DNA of 63,302 nt, counting the filler, from Octopus bimaculoides (lineage: Eukaryota): assembly GCF_001194135.2 (NCBI RefSeq). It is 4 parts of 4 records of this genome, joined end to end, with 100 filler letters (N's around TTAATTAATTAA, not from the genome) between each part and the next. Parts side by side here need not be neighbours in the genome. Positions count along the whole stretch, not along the records: positions 1 to 23,355 come from NC_068991.1; 3 more parts are not named here. The stretch is one strand, 5' to 3'. The notes under the pieces are model-generated. The model saw only the letters and a list, made by a program, of their open reading frames with translations, was not told where the DNA came from and made no database searches. The translations under genes and the position numbers were made by a program. Of this stretch, positions 1 to 12,385 are shown piece by piece (position 1 is the first letter of the stretch; the number at the start of each line of letters is the position of its first letter).

Positions 1-955
1 TGACTTTGCTTTTCAGCCTTTCGGGATCGATGAAATAAATACCAGTTACGCACTGGGGTTGATGTAATCGACTAGCGCCTTCCCCCAAAATTTTCAAGGC
101 GTTGTGCCTAGAGTAGAAATAATAGTAATAATTATTATTAAGGCGGTGAGCAAGCAGAATCGTTAGCGCGCAGGGTGTAAAGCTTAAGGCATTTCGTCCG
201 TCTTTACGCTGCCTTTCATGCTTTTGGGGTCGATAAAAATAACTACCAGTTGAGCACTGGGGTGAATGTAATCGACTAGCTCCCTCTCCTAAAAAGTTCA
301 GGCCTTGTGCCTTCTGTAGAAAGTATTTCAGGTGATGAGCGGGCAGAATCGTTAGCAGGCCGGCCAAAATGCTAAGCGACATTTCGTCCGTCTTTAAGTT
401 GTGAGTTCAAAATCCGCCGATGTTTGACATTGCTTTTCATTCTGTCGAGTATGATAAATAAAATAAGCACTGGGTTGATTTACTCTCTCCCCAGAAATTT
501 CGGTCCTTGAACCAAAATGTGAAACCATTATTATTATTATGAAAAATGAGTGATCTGGCAGAATCGTTAGTACGTTGGACAAAATGTTTCGTAGCAGTTC
601 TGGTTTTACGTTCGTAGTTCAAATTCCGCAGAGGTCAACTTCGCCTTTTCTTCTTTCGTGGTCGATAAAATTAGTATCCATTGAGCCCAGGATCGGAGTA
701 ATTGAGTAGCTCCGTCCTCCAAAATTCCAAGGTATATTATCATATGTAAAATGTGGCGAGCTGGCAGAATTGTTACCAAGCCGGACAAAATGATCAACAG
801 CATTTCTTCTCGTTTTACTTTCTGAGTTCAATTACCGATGTTGAATTTGCCTTTCATCCTTTCAGGGACAATAAAATAAGTACCTGTCAAGTATTGTGAT
901 CGATGTGATTGACTTCCTCCTCGCCTTAAAATAGCTAGCCTTGAGCCAAAATTAG
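1..955 (+). mobile_element. Tandem array of about five tRNA-derived SINE copies (family A)
   Basis: Repeated ggcgg.gagctggcagaatcgttagc...gagttcaaat...gactttgcctttcatcc...ggggtcgat...ataagtac units, most separated by (att)n tails; units start near 1 (partial), 142, 330, 548 and 755. Confidence 0.85.
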
Positions 956-960
956 AAAGA

Positions 961-992
<32 letters not shown>

Positions 993-1119
993 GAAAGCTA
1001 CAAGATGTTAAAATAGATTAATGTATTAAATAACTTGCTAAACTTCAATACTCAACACTTACATGCTGAGTCTATAAAACTTTTATAATAACCGTGAACT
1101 TGAATATATCTTCCTACAG

Positions 1120-1322
1120 GGTTCCGCTATTCCTGGTTATGCCATGATATTGGAGATGTTTTCTACTGACAAACGGACACTGTTTTCATACATACTGGGG
1201 ATGTGGTGGGGTATATGTGTTATGATCCTTGCGTTGGTTGCCTATGTGATGAAACATTCGGGATGGAGATGGTTGTGTGCCGTTTTGGGGTTTCCAGGAA
1301 TCGTATGTGTATTTGAATTTTG
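1120..1322 (+). CDS. SLC22/MFS organic cation transporter-like gene, internal exon 1 of 5 visible (about TM4-TM6)
   Basis: Acceptor ttcctacag at 1119 and donor gtaagg at 1323. 203 nt, phase 0 to 2. Translates GSAIPGYAMILEMFSTDKRTLFSYILGMWWGICVMILALVAYVMKHSGWRWLCAVLGFPGIVCVFEF-W, with the E..R motif and WRWL typical of SLC22. Confidence 0.9.
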
Positions 1323-1989
1323 GTAAGGAATTTCTTGTGATTTTTCAAACTACTTCGTTTTTTAAAAATTTTTTGTGTCTTTTATTTATTTCTTTTGCGT
1401 TTTCTTTCGTGGTGATAACTCTAATACGAAATGTGACATGACGAAAGACGTGATTTTTTTTTATATATGCTAATTAAATATCATACTAGTTTAAAGTCCC
1501 TGAAACCCTTTGAACACTCAAGACGTTTCAGGATTACTAAGGAGGAGCATTTGCAATGAATGAAGTACTTCCTGAAGCGAGACGGTAAGATTTAGAATTA
1601 CCTCTTATAATCTTCCGTGTGTGGAATTCATAATCCGAAGAAACTGGTAATAATCTGCAGCAGCATTAATTAGATCTGCAGTTTTCCTATGTACCAATTT
1701 GCACGAGTTACGTGTTAATACTAACTGAATTCGCGAGTGCATGATGCAATATATCACTGACTGGTCTTAGCTAATGAGAGTCCACCCCACAGATATTTTA
1801 AGAGCACTAATTATTCAGCTTGGTATTGTCTTAGAGGAGGCACGATACTGTGTAACAACGGAATCTATCATTAACTATTTCTTAAAAGGGAAAGGGACAG
1901 AAAGAAAGAAAGAAAGAAAGAGCAGGCATCTGACAGGATAAATTTGATTCGTTAGTCTGAGTTAGCTATAGCATCTAATACTTTGATGA

Positions 1990-2760
1990 AGTATCTCTTT
2001 GACTTTAAACACGCCAAGGTTTTTTTTAAGAATTGGGGAAATTGTCAGGAAGTAGATTTTCATACGAAATAACTTTTAGTGGCGATCGATGGAGAACAAT
2101 TCTGAAACTCTGTTCAGCGATCTTTGTGGCTGTTCTAAGTCTTACGATTTTTATTAAAAGCATAAGTTGTTGTACCGTGTCCTGATAGAATATGTGAGAT
2201 TTCTGTCCATTGTTTAAAATTTCAATTCTGTTCTTCCATAATTTCAAAACATATTGTTGACAAAGATGTGGATTTCTCTCTATCCATCGATCTGAAGGAA
2301 TATTTATGTTCGTTGTAGCTGATATTGAAATCATTCGTGGTGGGTTTCGTTGAATTCTCTCAATACTGTCTGCGAGTATCATGCACTCATTGTATACCAC
2401 TGCCTTGGAGTGAAATAAGTTCGATATTGAAGGCAGTAAATTACTGGATGTGTGTCTTAGATTGCGATTGGATGCTGCAGGAAAGGATGCTGTCCGGACA
2501 AACTTAAATTATTTCATTTTATTGGCATTGAAAAATTTATGATATTTATGTGTGGTCGGAAATGAATTCTTAATAGTAATTGAAGGTTTTCCTTTACGTC
2601 AGCAGCTTCATTCATGTTGTAGAGTGGGCTACAGGAACTGTGCTTGTTTTCCTGGTCCTGCAATTATGTGGGAGGAGTTATATTTCTTGTAAACAGTTTT
2701 TCATTAACCCCTCTTCTAGATAGTATATTGTTATAGTAAGATGGGGTGGCGATTACAAAT
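1990..2760 (-). mobile_element. Decayed Penelope-like element (post-RT region and GIY-YIG endonuclease)
   Basis: Pieced minus-strand translation gives HF/PTTHKYHKFFNANKMK, then KAVVY, then NEHKYSFRSMDREKSTSLS. These resemble PLE post-RT (FP..H.YHK.FN) and GIY-YIG (H..SF...ST.LS) motifs. Many stops and frameshifts. Confidence 0.6.
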
Positions 2761-2973
2761 ATGCTTAAATATCATTCACGAACTTCTTGATTATTCATGA
2801 GGACTGAACGTTATTGTTTATATAAACGGTTTTCTCGTTTGGTTTTCTTTTAGAGTGATGTATCCCTGTTATCAAATTTAATGGTTTGTCTAAAATAACC
2901 AGTTTTACGGTGTCACGCTGTCTCATATTTTGAGATATATTTATATACATTCATATATACATATATATTCTTT

Positions 2974-3176
2974 TACTCTTTTACTTGTTTCAGTAATTTG
3001 ACTGCGGCCATGCTGGAGCACTACCTTTAGTCGAGCAAATCGACCCCGGGACTTATTCTTTGTAAGCCTAGTACTTATTCTATCGGTCTCTTTTGCCGAA
3101 CCGCTAAGTGACGGGGACATAAACACACTAGCATCGTTTGTCAAGCAATGCTAGGGGGACAAACACAGACACACAA

Positions 3177-3230
<54 letters not shown>

Positions 3231-3382
3231 GACGGGCTTCTTTCAGTTTCCGTCTACCAAATCCACTCACAAGGCTTTGGTCGGCCCGAGGCTATAGTAG
3301 AAGACATTTGCCGAAGATGCCACGCAGTGGGACTGAACCCGGAACCATGTGGTTGGTAAGCAAGCTACTTACCACACAGCCA
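2974..3382 (-). mobile_element. tRNA-derived SINE family B, near full length
   Basis: Reverse complement of ggctgtgtggtaagtagcttgcttaccaaccacatggttccgggttcagtcccactgcgtggca...ccgaccaaagccttgtgagtggatttggtagacggaaac...ctccagcatggccgcagtc, with an internal CA/TA microsatellite. Confidence 0.88.
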
Positions 3383-3417
3383 ATATATAAGTAATATATA
3401 TATGTATAATATATATG

Positions 3418-3448
<31 letters not shown>

Positions 3449-3553
3449 GCATATATATATATATATATATATGCACAAATATATATGCATGTATGTGCGC
3501 GCGCGCGCACCCACGTGTGTATGTGAGCGCGAGCGCGCGTGTATACACATATA

Positions 3554-4798
3554 CGATGGGATGCTGAAAAATATCTGAGTAAAAGAAAATACAGGAGGAT
3601 TAGTTAATTATGATTTTATTGAAAATATCCCCCTGTCAGATTCACACACTTATTACAGTGATCCTTCAGTTCTTAGCCTTGTTAAAAGATTTCAGAATGT
3701 TGGGCCCCCAGCCAGGCCTGTGTAACAGCGATCACTTTCTGAATCGGGGTGAAATTTCGTTCCCGTCAATTGTTTCTTCAGCAATAGAAAGAGGTGATAG
3801 ACAGGGAGGGCCAAGTAAGGAGAGGGCGAAGTCGCCTATTTTCCGTAGAGTATCATGTGCTGTGTGTTCTAGTGCATTGTCTTGTGTGTGCTGGTGCATT
3901 GTCCACAACGTTTTTGTTTCAAAGCTTCAAGCAGTTCATCCAGCATAGATATGTAGAAGTCTGCGTTGTTGGTGTGACCCTTTGGCAAGAATTTCCGCCT
4001 TTGTCCAAGAACACTGAAGCCAGAATTTTTCCAGTTGACTTCTAGGTTCGAAGCGTCTTGGGACGCGATGAACCGCTGTAGAGCACTCCATTGATTGCTC
4101 GTTGATCTGAGGGTCATTATAATGAAGTCAAATTTCATCCATGATAATTAAACGAGGTATGTTGTTTCATCCATGGTGTAAACCGGTTCAAAATCGCCTT
4201 TCATGTCGGCACTCTGATGCGCTTCTGATCAGGCATTTTGGCACCCATTTTGCGGAAAACTTTCTCAGGTTCAGATTGTCGGAGATGATGTGGCCAACTC
4301 TTTCACGGGGAATTCCCAGGGTATCAGCTATGACTTTAGCTGAAATCAAGCGAGAATCATGACGTGCACTGCCTCGAGAAACATGACGTGCACAGCGTCG
4401 GTTTTGTTCTCTGTAATCACGGTAGTTCCCCCCCCCCCCCACTGACTGAGGTGCATCTGTGACCTCGAAATGACCAGTCCGAAACCTTGACACCCAGATT
4501 TTCCTATGGAGTAAGATGGACAGCCATCTTTCAAGATTTCGTTCATCTCGTCATGGATTTCTGCCACTCCTTTGCCTTGCAAGAGAAGGAACCTCATGAA
4601 TGCCCGAGCTTCAATTTCCAAAAAAATCACTGTAAGAGACGTCATCATGCGTTAAATCTGCAAAAAGGAGAAATATATTTTGTATACCAACATTATTTTT
4701 TGCATATCTTCTAAATTGTTGCCTTGCCTTCCTTGTAAATATAAGAGCTCTATTCTTTTGCAATACTCTGAAAAGCAGGAACTTTCAGTATCCCCTCG
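3554..4798 (-). mobile_element. Full-length (about 1.25 kb) decayed mariner transposon in intron 1
   Basis: Inverted ends cgatgggatgctgaaaa and tttcagtatcccctcg, each flanked by TA. Frameshifted transposase: ARAFMRFLLLQGKGVAEIHDEM, RKFSAKWVPKCL (WVP motif), MDET, FLPKGHTNNADFY, and a RCNKCV-like C-terminus. Confidence 0.9.
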
Positions 4799-4868
4799 TA
4801 TATATACATATATGTATGTATATGCACATACATGCATACCTACATACATGCATACATACATACATACA

Positions 4869-4899
<31 letters not shown>

Positions 4900-4912
4900 T
4901 CATATCCTGCAG

Positions 4913-5227
4913 GTACTTAAGAGAAAGCATTCGATGGTTGTTCACAAAAGGAAAAATTGAAGAAGCCAAAAGAATTGTGAAACACGCAGCAAACCTTAAC
5001 GGAGTCGATTTCGATACGACGTGGACAAAATGTCTGAAATCTAATGAATCTCCCGTTGAACTGCATCGATTAGGTGAACAGTCCGAAGAACTGATTGACA
5101 GAAATGGAACAAATCTTGAAGACGAAGCCAAAGAGCAAGTTCATCCTAAAGAAACTGCTTTTGGATTGTGGACGCTGATGAAGTACAGTACAACCAGAAA
5201 TGTCACCCTAGTTGTCATGTTCGCATG
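4913..5227 (+). CDS. SLC22-like gene, exon 2 of 5 visible (central cytoplasmic loop to start of TM7)
   Basis: Acceptor cctgcag and donor gtaagt at 5228. 315 nt, phase 2 to 2, in frame with exon 1. YLRESIRWLFTKGKIEEAKRIVKHAA matches the SLC22 ESPRWL...G+.EEA motif; ends ...TTRNVTLVVMFAW. Confidence 0.93.
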
Positions 5228-5234
5228 GTAAGTC

Positions 5235-5263
5235 TTCTTCTTCTTCTTCTTCTTCTTCTTCTT

Positions 5264-5332
<69 letters not shown>
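5235..5332. repeat. Compound (TCT)n/(AAT)n microsatellite just after the exon 2 donor
   Basis: Direct reading of the sequence. Confidence 0.95.
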
Positions 5333-5333
<1 letters not shown>

Positions 5334-6169
5334 TCAAAACCTATAAAAAGAAAAGGAAAATTCAGAAAACCCTCCCCCACCAAAAAAAAAAAAAATTCAG
5401 AAATTCAACGATGTAAACATCAGTATATATATATATATTTATTTTTTCAATCATTAAGTAAAAACAACAAGGTGAATTGGTTCCTTTTAAGGTCAAGGTC
5501 AGCGATCTCATTGATCGCTAGTAATAGTAAAGAAATTTGACCTCTGTTGACCGCAAGGGCGTGACGCTGCTTTTGTCTCCAGATCACACAGGAATGCGAA
5601 GCCCCATTGCTGATCTCCTTCTCACCATCTGCCGAACCTATTTAGAGACCTGTGGATTTTGGTCTATTTGCCAAACTACTTCTCTTTCTCCTACTATGCC
5701 CTTGAACCCTCATCTATTTATGATTAACTCAAGTATAAGACAAAAGTCGAAATTAAACATTTAATAATATCACACAGTAGCAGAAGCAAAGATGGCATCT
5801 CAAGACGGTTACAATACTAGTGATTGTAGGAGCACTAGGAATGATCAAAAAGGGAACTGAAAATTATTTAAGAATGATCCCTGGATTACTGTCCATGCAG
5901 GAAGTGCAAGAGATTGTCTTAACTGGTACGTCACACGTATTGAGAAGAGCATTGTCGCTGTGAATTTTCTTTCCTTTTTTGCTCTTTATTTTCTTAGTTT
6001 ACTTTCCTTTTTCTCTCTATCTTTTTTCTCTATCACATGACTTTGTAAATGAATAATCCGGTGTGTTTATTTGAATGGCCTACAAGTGTGTACAGTGCGC
6101 TTCTCTGCCCTAGGTGTCAGAATGACACTCGGTAAGAAAAGAAAGGGAATTGAAAGAAGATTGTATTGA

Positions 6170-6182
6170 AAATATTATTATG

Positions 6183-6231
<49 letters not shown>

Positions 6232-6251
6232 GTAGTAGTAGTAGTAATAAC

Positions 6252-6301
<50 letters not shown>

Positions 6302-6306
6302 TGATG

Positions 6307-6359
<53 letters not shown>

Positions 6360-6360
6360 T
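6170..6360. repeat. (ATT)n-(AGT)n-(AAT)n compound microsatellite
   Basis: Direct reading; explains the poly-I and poly-N ORFs in the track. Confidence 0.95.
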
Positions 6361-6759
6361 AACGGAACCCATAACAAAACCAATCAAAAGAGAAAGAACG
6401 GTGGATGGATAATCATAAATACTATAAAATAGTTGATTTATGAGTTACACACACACACGCACGCACTACTATGCAACACCCCTCTAAAAACAAACAAGAA
6501 TAAACTCATACTGTAAATATCCAACAAAATGAACAAACCCCACAAAATGTGCCATAGAAGGCCGATACCCAACAGAACTCAACCTGCGCTGCACAAACAC
6601 ACACACAGTATATAAGCTAATACAACAGAAGATTCAAACCAAACCCCATAAAAAAGTGTACTGATACAATAGAATATCTTAATTCCCACATCCCCACAAA
6701 AAGAATGCAGCACACACCACCGCACCAGCACAAAGGTGCAACAATTGGTGCAACAGAAA

Positions 6760-8995
6760 GTTGCTTGAAACTTTCAGATGTCGAAGAATAATTGTGGTGA
6801 TGACGATGGTGACGAACGCTACCTTACCTCAGTTTATGAGAGACAGGAGTTTCCGAAGAGACTCTGGTAACTGCGAAAATGAAGCTCCACTTTTAAGGGA
6901 AGGCCTCTCGCTCGGCAGTTGTTCGGCTAAAGATGCAGACTGACCACGGCTGTTATCCTAGTACAACATCAGCAGATAGTAAAGCAAGGAGGAGGAAGTG
7001 GATCAGCGTAAAAAACAAAACAAAAAAAAACAGGATAGTGATGCAGTGCTACTTAGAAAGTGAACCTAAAAGAAGGGGCTATAGAAAACAGATGTTAACA
7101 TTTTGGTTAGAGAAGGGTATGTTTAAAGTGATTGAACAGAGATTAGCTGATCAAGCTAATATTATTAGGCGAAGAAAGTGGATGACAGAATTGGAAGTAG
7201 AAGAGATCACAAGAGAACTGGAAAAGAAAGATCAGGCAGTGAGAAAGACAACAACATAAGAGATACAGGTCAAACCAAAGAACCTAAAGGACAAAATAAC
7301 AATAGCGCTACCAATAAGGAAGGGGCAACTTGCTCCAACGATTTAAGTGATCTAAGTGAGGAAGATCTGAAGATTTTAGATGAGTTGCAGGAAGTAATTA
7401 GTAAAGAAGTAAGAAAAAGATCGCTAGCATGAAAATGCACCAACAGAAGGAAGCTGCTGGAAATGACTAGGAAAGTAGATTCTGTAGTCAGTGGGATAGA
7501 TACTAAAAATATAGGAGACACTAACTTATTGATCTATGCGGGAGAGGTAGTAGACACCAGAAAAATAAATATCTCACAGGGAAAGATTAAAAAGATTAAA
7601 TGTAGAAAAGGAGACTACAAAATAAAGTGAAGACGTTAAGACAAGGTCTGAGTAGAATAGAAGCCTGGAAAACAAACAAGTTAGGAAACACAAGGTGCAA
7701 ATCTTCCCTCGACAAAAGATACTTAGTCAAAGAGAAACGATTTGGGACAGTAATAGAAGAGCTGAAACAGTGTCATACCAGTATCAACAGAATAGATTAT
7801 TTGAGACAGATCAGAGGATATTTTAAAACCAAATAAATAGTGAAGAGCAAATTACTGAAGATGAGAAACCTAATGCAAAAGCTAGAAAATTCTGGGGTAA
7901 TATTTGGGATAAGCCAGTCAATCATAATGAAGATGCAGTATGGTTAAAGAAAGTGTAGGAAGAAAGAGTGAGTGAGAAGCAGCCAGATTTAAGATTAACT
8001 AAGACATTAATGAGTAAAGTGTTAGGGAAGGATTGGAAGGGCCCAGGACCAGATTTAGTTCAAGGGTACTGGCTAAGGAAATAATTCAGTAGTTTACATA
8101 TGGGAGGCTGAGGGAACAACTTCAGGGTTGCTTTAATGGAGAAATAATACCAGATTGGATGACTAGAGGGAGGACAATACTCATTATGAAAGATAAGAGC
8201 AAAGGTAATACTGCTAGCAAGTATAGACCAATCACATGCTTACCATTAGTGTGGTAGCTGTTAACAGGAATGCTTTCAGAAAGCATTTACGAACACCTTG
8301 ACGACCAGAATTTACTACCAGAAGAACAGAAGGGTTGCAGGAAGAAGGTTAGAGGAAACATGAGCTATTATACATAGACAATGCAGGTGTAAGTGAAGTA
8401 AAGGCTAGAAAGAGAAATCTAACAATAGCATGGATAGATTATAGGAAAGCCTATGACATGATCCCACACTCATGGATAAGTGAATGTTTGAGTATATTCA
8501 GTATAGTAGACAACATAAGAGAATTAATTAGCGGTAGCCCGAAGAAATGTAAAGTAGATCTCTACCAGGTGACACAGTTTTAGGGAGGATAATATCAAAA
8601 TAGGAATTTTCCAGGGGGTCTCATTGTCCCATTTAATATTTGTCTTATGTTTGATCCCCTTCAGTTTAGCATTAAGGAAGGCAAAGGCAGGGTATCAGTT
8701 CAGAAATTGTAAGGGAAGAATTAATCATTTGCTCTACATGGATGCTCTGAAGCTTTTGAATGAAAAAAAGATTCCTTAATACAGTCTGTAAGGCTCTTCA
8801 GAAAAGATATAGGCATGTAATTTGTCATAGATAAGTATGCAATATTAGACATGAGAAGGGGACAGGTAGTAAGCAGCAAAGGCATCCAATTACCAGATGG
8901 CCAGATATTAAAACCATTGAAAGTCGGAAAGAGTTATAAGTATCTGGGAGTATTTGAAACTGTCAGAGTACTAACTACAGAAATGAAATGGAGGT
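6760..8995 (+). mobile_element. R4/Dong-clade non-LTR retrotransposon, decayed and 3'-truncated
   Basis: N-terminus CYLESEPKRRGYRKQM...EQRLADQANIIRRRKWMTELEVEEI. RT motifs WKGPGPDLVQGYWL, YRPITCLP, EEQKGCRK, AWIDYRKAYDMIPHSW, GIFQG, NHLLYMD and YKYLGV, broken by frameshifts. No C-terminal RLE domain seen. Confidence 0.85.
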
Positions 8996-9156
8996 CTGCA
9001 GCCAGGTATTATTGCTCTTAGCTGTTCATGCGACACAACATGGTCACACTCACCGGCGTTCGACTACCACTGCCACCAACCTCACTGTTGATTTCAGAAA
9101 GTTAACAACAACGTCTTAGAAGCTCAAGACTCGTGTTAGATGCATAATTTATTTTT

Positions 9157-9714
9157 AACCTTTTAGTTATTTCAGTCATCAGAATGTGGCCAAGCTGGGG
9201 CACCGCCTTGAAATTCTATTCGAAGGAATCGACCCCAATTCTTATTTTTTTAAAGCCAGGTACTTATTCTATCGATGTCTTATACCAAACCGCTATGTGA
9301 CGGAAACGTAAACACACCAACACCGGCTTTCGAGCGGTTGGCAAACCCAGGTACATGCTCTGTTTTTTACATATATACTCATTTTTTTTACACTTTTAAC
9401 TTGTTTCATTCATTTGACTGTGGCCATGCTGGAGCATCGCCTTTCGTCGAACAAATCGACCCCAAGACTTATTCTTTGTAAGCCTAGTATTTATTCTATC
9501 GGTCTCTAAGGCCGAACCGCAAGATAACGGGGACGTAAACACACCAGCATCGGTTATCAAGTCATGGTGGGGAAAAATACACACACAAATACATACATAC
9601 AAACATATATACATAAATATATACGACGGACTTCTTTTCAGTTTCCGTCTACCAAATCCCGGAACCATGTGGTTGGGAAGCAAGCTTGTCACTACCACAC
9701 AGCCACTCCTGCGC
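9157..9714 (-). mobile_element. SINE family B: one tail fragment plus one internally deleted copy
   Basis: Same motifs as 2974-3382 (ggccatgctggagca...cgacccc...acttattctatcggtc...gtaaacacacc). Confidence 0.8.
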
Positions 9715-9762
9715 CTATCTATATATATATATATATATTTATTTTTAACTTTATGTAAAACC

Positions 9763-9795
<33 letters not shown>

Positions 9796-10325
9796 CTTTC
9801 TTAACTTTCCTGTACTTTCTGTTCTTTTCTTTTGTCGTTTCTTCCTACTCCGGATGTTCTTACTCTGTTTTCTCTAATCTGCACCTGTCATTTTGCCTCC
9901 CTCTCCTTACATTTCTTTTCTCCTTTCGTCTTCTCTTCTCCCTTTCTCCCCACTTTCTCTCTATTTGTTCCATCTTCCTCTTTTTTTTCTCTGTTTTGAT
10001 TTTCTTCTCCCACCTCGCATATATTTNNNNNNNNNNNNNNNNNNNNNNNNNNNNNNNNNNNNNNNNNNNNNNNNNNNNNNNNNNNNNNNNNNNNNNNNNN
10101 NNNNNNNNNNNNNNNNNNNNNNNNNNNNNNNNNNNNNNNNNNNNNNNNNNNNNNNNNNNNNNNNNNNNNNNNNNNNNNNNNNNNNNNNNNNNNNNNNNNN
10201 NNNNNNNNNNNNNNNNNNNNNNNNNNNNNNNNNNNNNNNNNNNNNNNNNNNNNNNNNNNNNNNNNNNNNNNNNNNNNNNNNNNNNNNNNNNNNNNNNNNN
10301 NNNNNNNNNNNNNNNNNNNNNNNNN

Positions 10326-10365
<40 letters not shown>

Positions 10366-10687
10366 GTCGTTGAGCGAAACCAGACGATGGCCGCCGACCT
10401 GGTGGTCTGCAGCCAGGTATTATTGGTATTAGCTATTCATGCAACACACCATGGTCACACTCACCAGCATGTGGGACTGAACTTGGAACCATGTTGTTAG
10501 GAAGCAAAATTCCTAACACACAGCCACGCCTGCAAATAAATCTAAAATATATTTCTCAAGATCTTACAATGTAAAATATCTTTGATAATGTAAAAAAGCA
10601 AACCCCACAAAATTGAACATTGTGTGTAATAGTATTTTTAAGAAAGAAAAGTAGCCAAATATATGTTTTTTTTTTCCTGTATTTCAG

Positions 10688-10822
10688 GCTCATTACCAGT
10701 TTGACGTATTTCGGACTCTACTTGACCTCCAGTAGTTTGTCTGGAGACCGTCATTTGAATTTCTTCCTCATAGCATTCATGGAATTTCCCTCCAGTTTAG
10801 TCCTCTACAAATTATTAATGCT
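10688..10822 (+). CDS. SLC22-like gene, exon 3 of 5 visible (TM7-TM8)
   Basis: Acceptor atttcag. Translates LITSLTYFGLYLTSSSLSGDRHLNFFLIAFMEFPSSLVLYKLLML (YFGL, LSG..LNF, E.P motifs). Keeping frame with exon 4 requires the donor GTTCGT at 10823. Confidence 0.88.
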
Positions 10823-10894
10823 GTTCGTAAATATTTTATATTTGATTCACATACGCATATATATATATACATGCACACACATGTGCACACACGG

Positions 10895-10981
10895 ATAGAT
10901 AGATAGATAGATAGATAGAAAGATAAATAGATAGATAGATAGATAGATAGATGATAGATAGAAAGATAGATAGATAGATTA

Positions 10982-11014
<33 letters not shown>

Positions 11015-11015
11015 C

Positions 11016-11047
<32 letters not shown>

Positions 11048-11076
11048 GATAGATAGAAAGATAGATAGATAGATTA

Positions 11077-11117
<41 letters not shown>

Positions 11118-11205
11118 NNNNNNNNNNNNNNNNNNNGTATGTATGTATGTATGTATGTATGTATAGATAGATAGATGATAGATAGAAAGATAGATAGATA
11201 GATTA

Positions 11206-11262
<57 letters not shown>

Positions 11263-11280
11263 CAGACTGACAAACAGACA
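10895..11280. repeat. (GATA)n compound microsatellite, partly duplicated across a small gap
   Basis: Direct reading of the sequence. Confidence 0.9.
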
Positions 11281-11919
11281 GATATTTGTATTTGTATGAG
11301 TATCTTTGACACACATATGTACACACATATACATTGAAGTAACAAGGGATGTTATAAAGAGAGAGTGGGGAGACAGACAGATAATTGGAGTAGATGAATG
11401 AAACACTGAACACGAGATAATTGAACAGGTGCTGGTGACTTTAAGTACAAGTTTTGTTATTATGTCTGCCCCAGAAAAACCTTAGCCCAACAGTTCCAGC
11501 TACCATAATTTTGCCTCTTTTTTCCAAACACAATCTATCTACAACTGTGTTATCAAATATGCCTTGCTTTCATCTAAGACAAAAGGATATGATTTCAGGT
11601 GGGAAATTTGTGGAATCGTTAAAGAGTCGGTTAAACAGCTCTACGCACTCTGAACTTCAATCCCTCTGAGATTAACTTTGCCTGTCATCGTTCCGAGGGA
11701 CGACAAAATATATATGTCAATCAAATATTGGAACTCTCTCTCTCCACTCTCTGTCAATTTCATTCTTCCTCCCCTTCTCTCTATTTCTATTTCGCTCTCT
11801 ACTTCTATCTTGCTCTCTCTTTTTCTCTCTCCGTCGCTACATAATTTACTCCATGTAGCAATCTATGAAAGTCATCCTTCAAGCTCACCACCATAATCTT
11901 ATTTTGTACCTTTTTCCAG

Positions 11920-12005
11920 ATATGGACGGAAGAAAGCCATCATAATTCTCATTGCTACCTCAGCTCTGGTATTATTAGCCGTGGCAGTTCTAAAGTCAGT
12001 CGGTG
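11920..12005 (+). CDS. SLC22-like gene, exon 4 of 5 visible (GRK loop and TM9)
   Basis: Acceptor tttttccag and donor gtaaga at 12006. 86 nt, phase 2 to 1. Translates YGRKKAIIILIATSALVLLAVAVLKSVG; GRK/R is the second MFS loop motif. Too short for the ORF track. Confidence 0.88.
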
Positions 12006-12385
12006 GTAAGATACCTATATTCTATCGGCAATATTTAAGCACACAACGTCATATATAAAAATGTGCTTTAATCCCCTGAGATTGCAGATACTGTTTCTGA
12101 ATTTCTTTGATTCTTTAAATGTGCTAGCTTCCTGGTAATTAATCGATATTAATTAATATATGACTTTTTGCCATTTTTTAAATAATATATTAACCCTTAC
12201 AGAGTTCTCATACTGGATATATGCGACGCAGTAAATATTCTCTGCAGACATATTCATGGAATTAGCGCGCCAAAACGAAGACTTTTGAATTTTACCATTA
12301 AGCTGTAATTAGCAGAACCATATACACGCGCACCTATGGCGGTGGGCAACTTTGTATGGGCTTCTGATGATTATGGTTCCATTAC

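Noticed and set aside
1495-1590. Hammerhead-like GAAACGTC-ttgag on the minus strand
   Set aside because: No CTGANGA or compensated core upstream; better explained as a small hairpin cctgaaac/gtttcagg. At most a decayed relic.
5490-5501. AGGTCAAGGTCA nuclear-receptor DR0 / TCAAGGTCA element in intron 2
   Set aside because: Motif match only, with no conservation evidence; similar ggtcaaggtca strings are common in molluscan repeats.
10404-10465. ATGAATAGC on the minus strand, like the A3:U8 core
   Set aside because: No GAAA follows and stem I does not pair; the other copy (8993-9054) reads ATGAACAGC.
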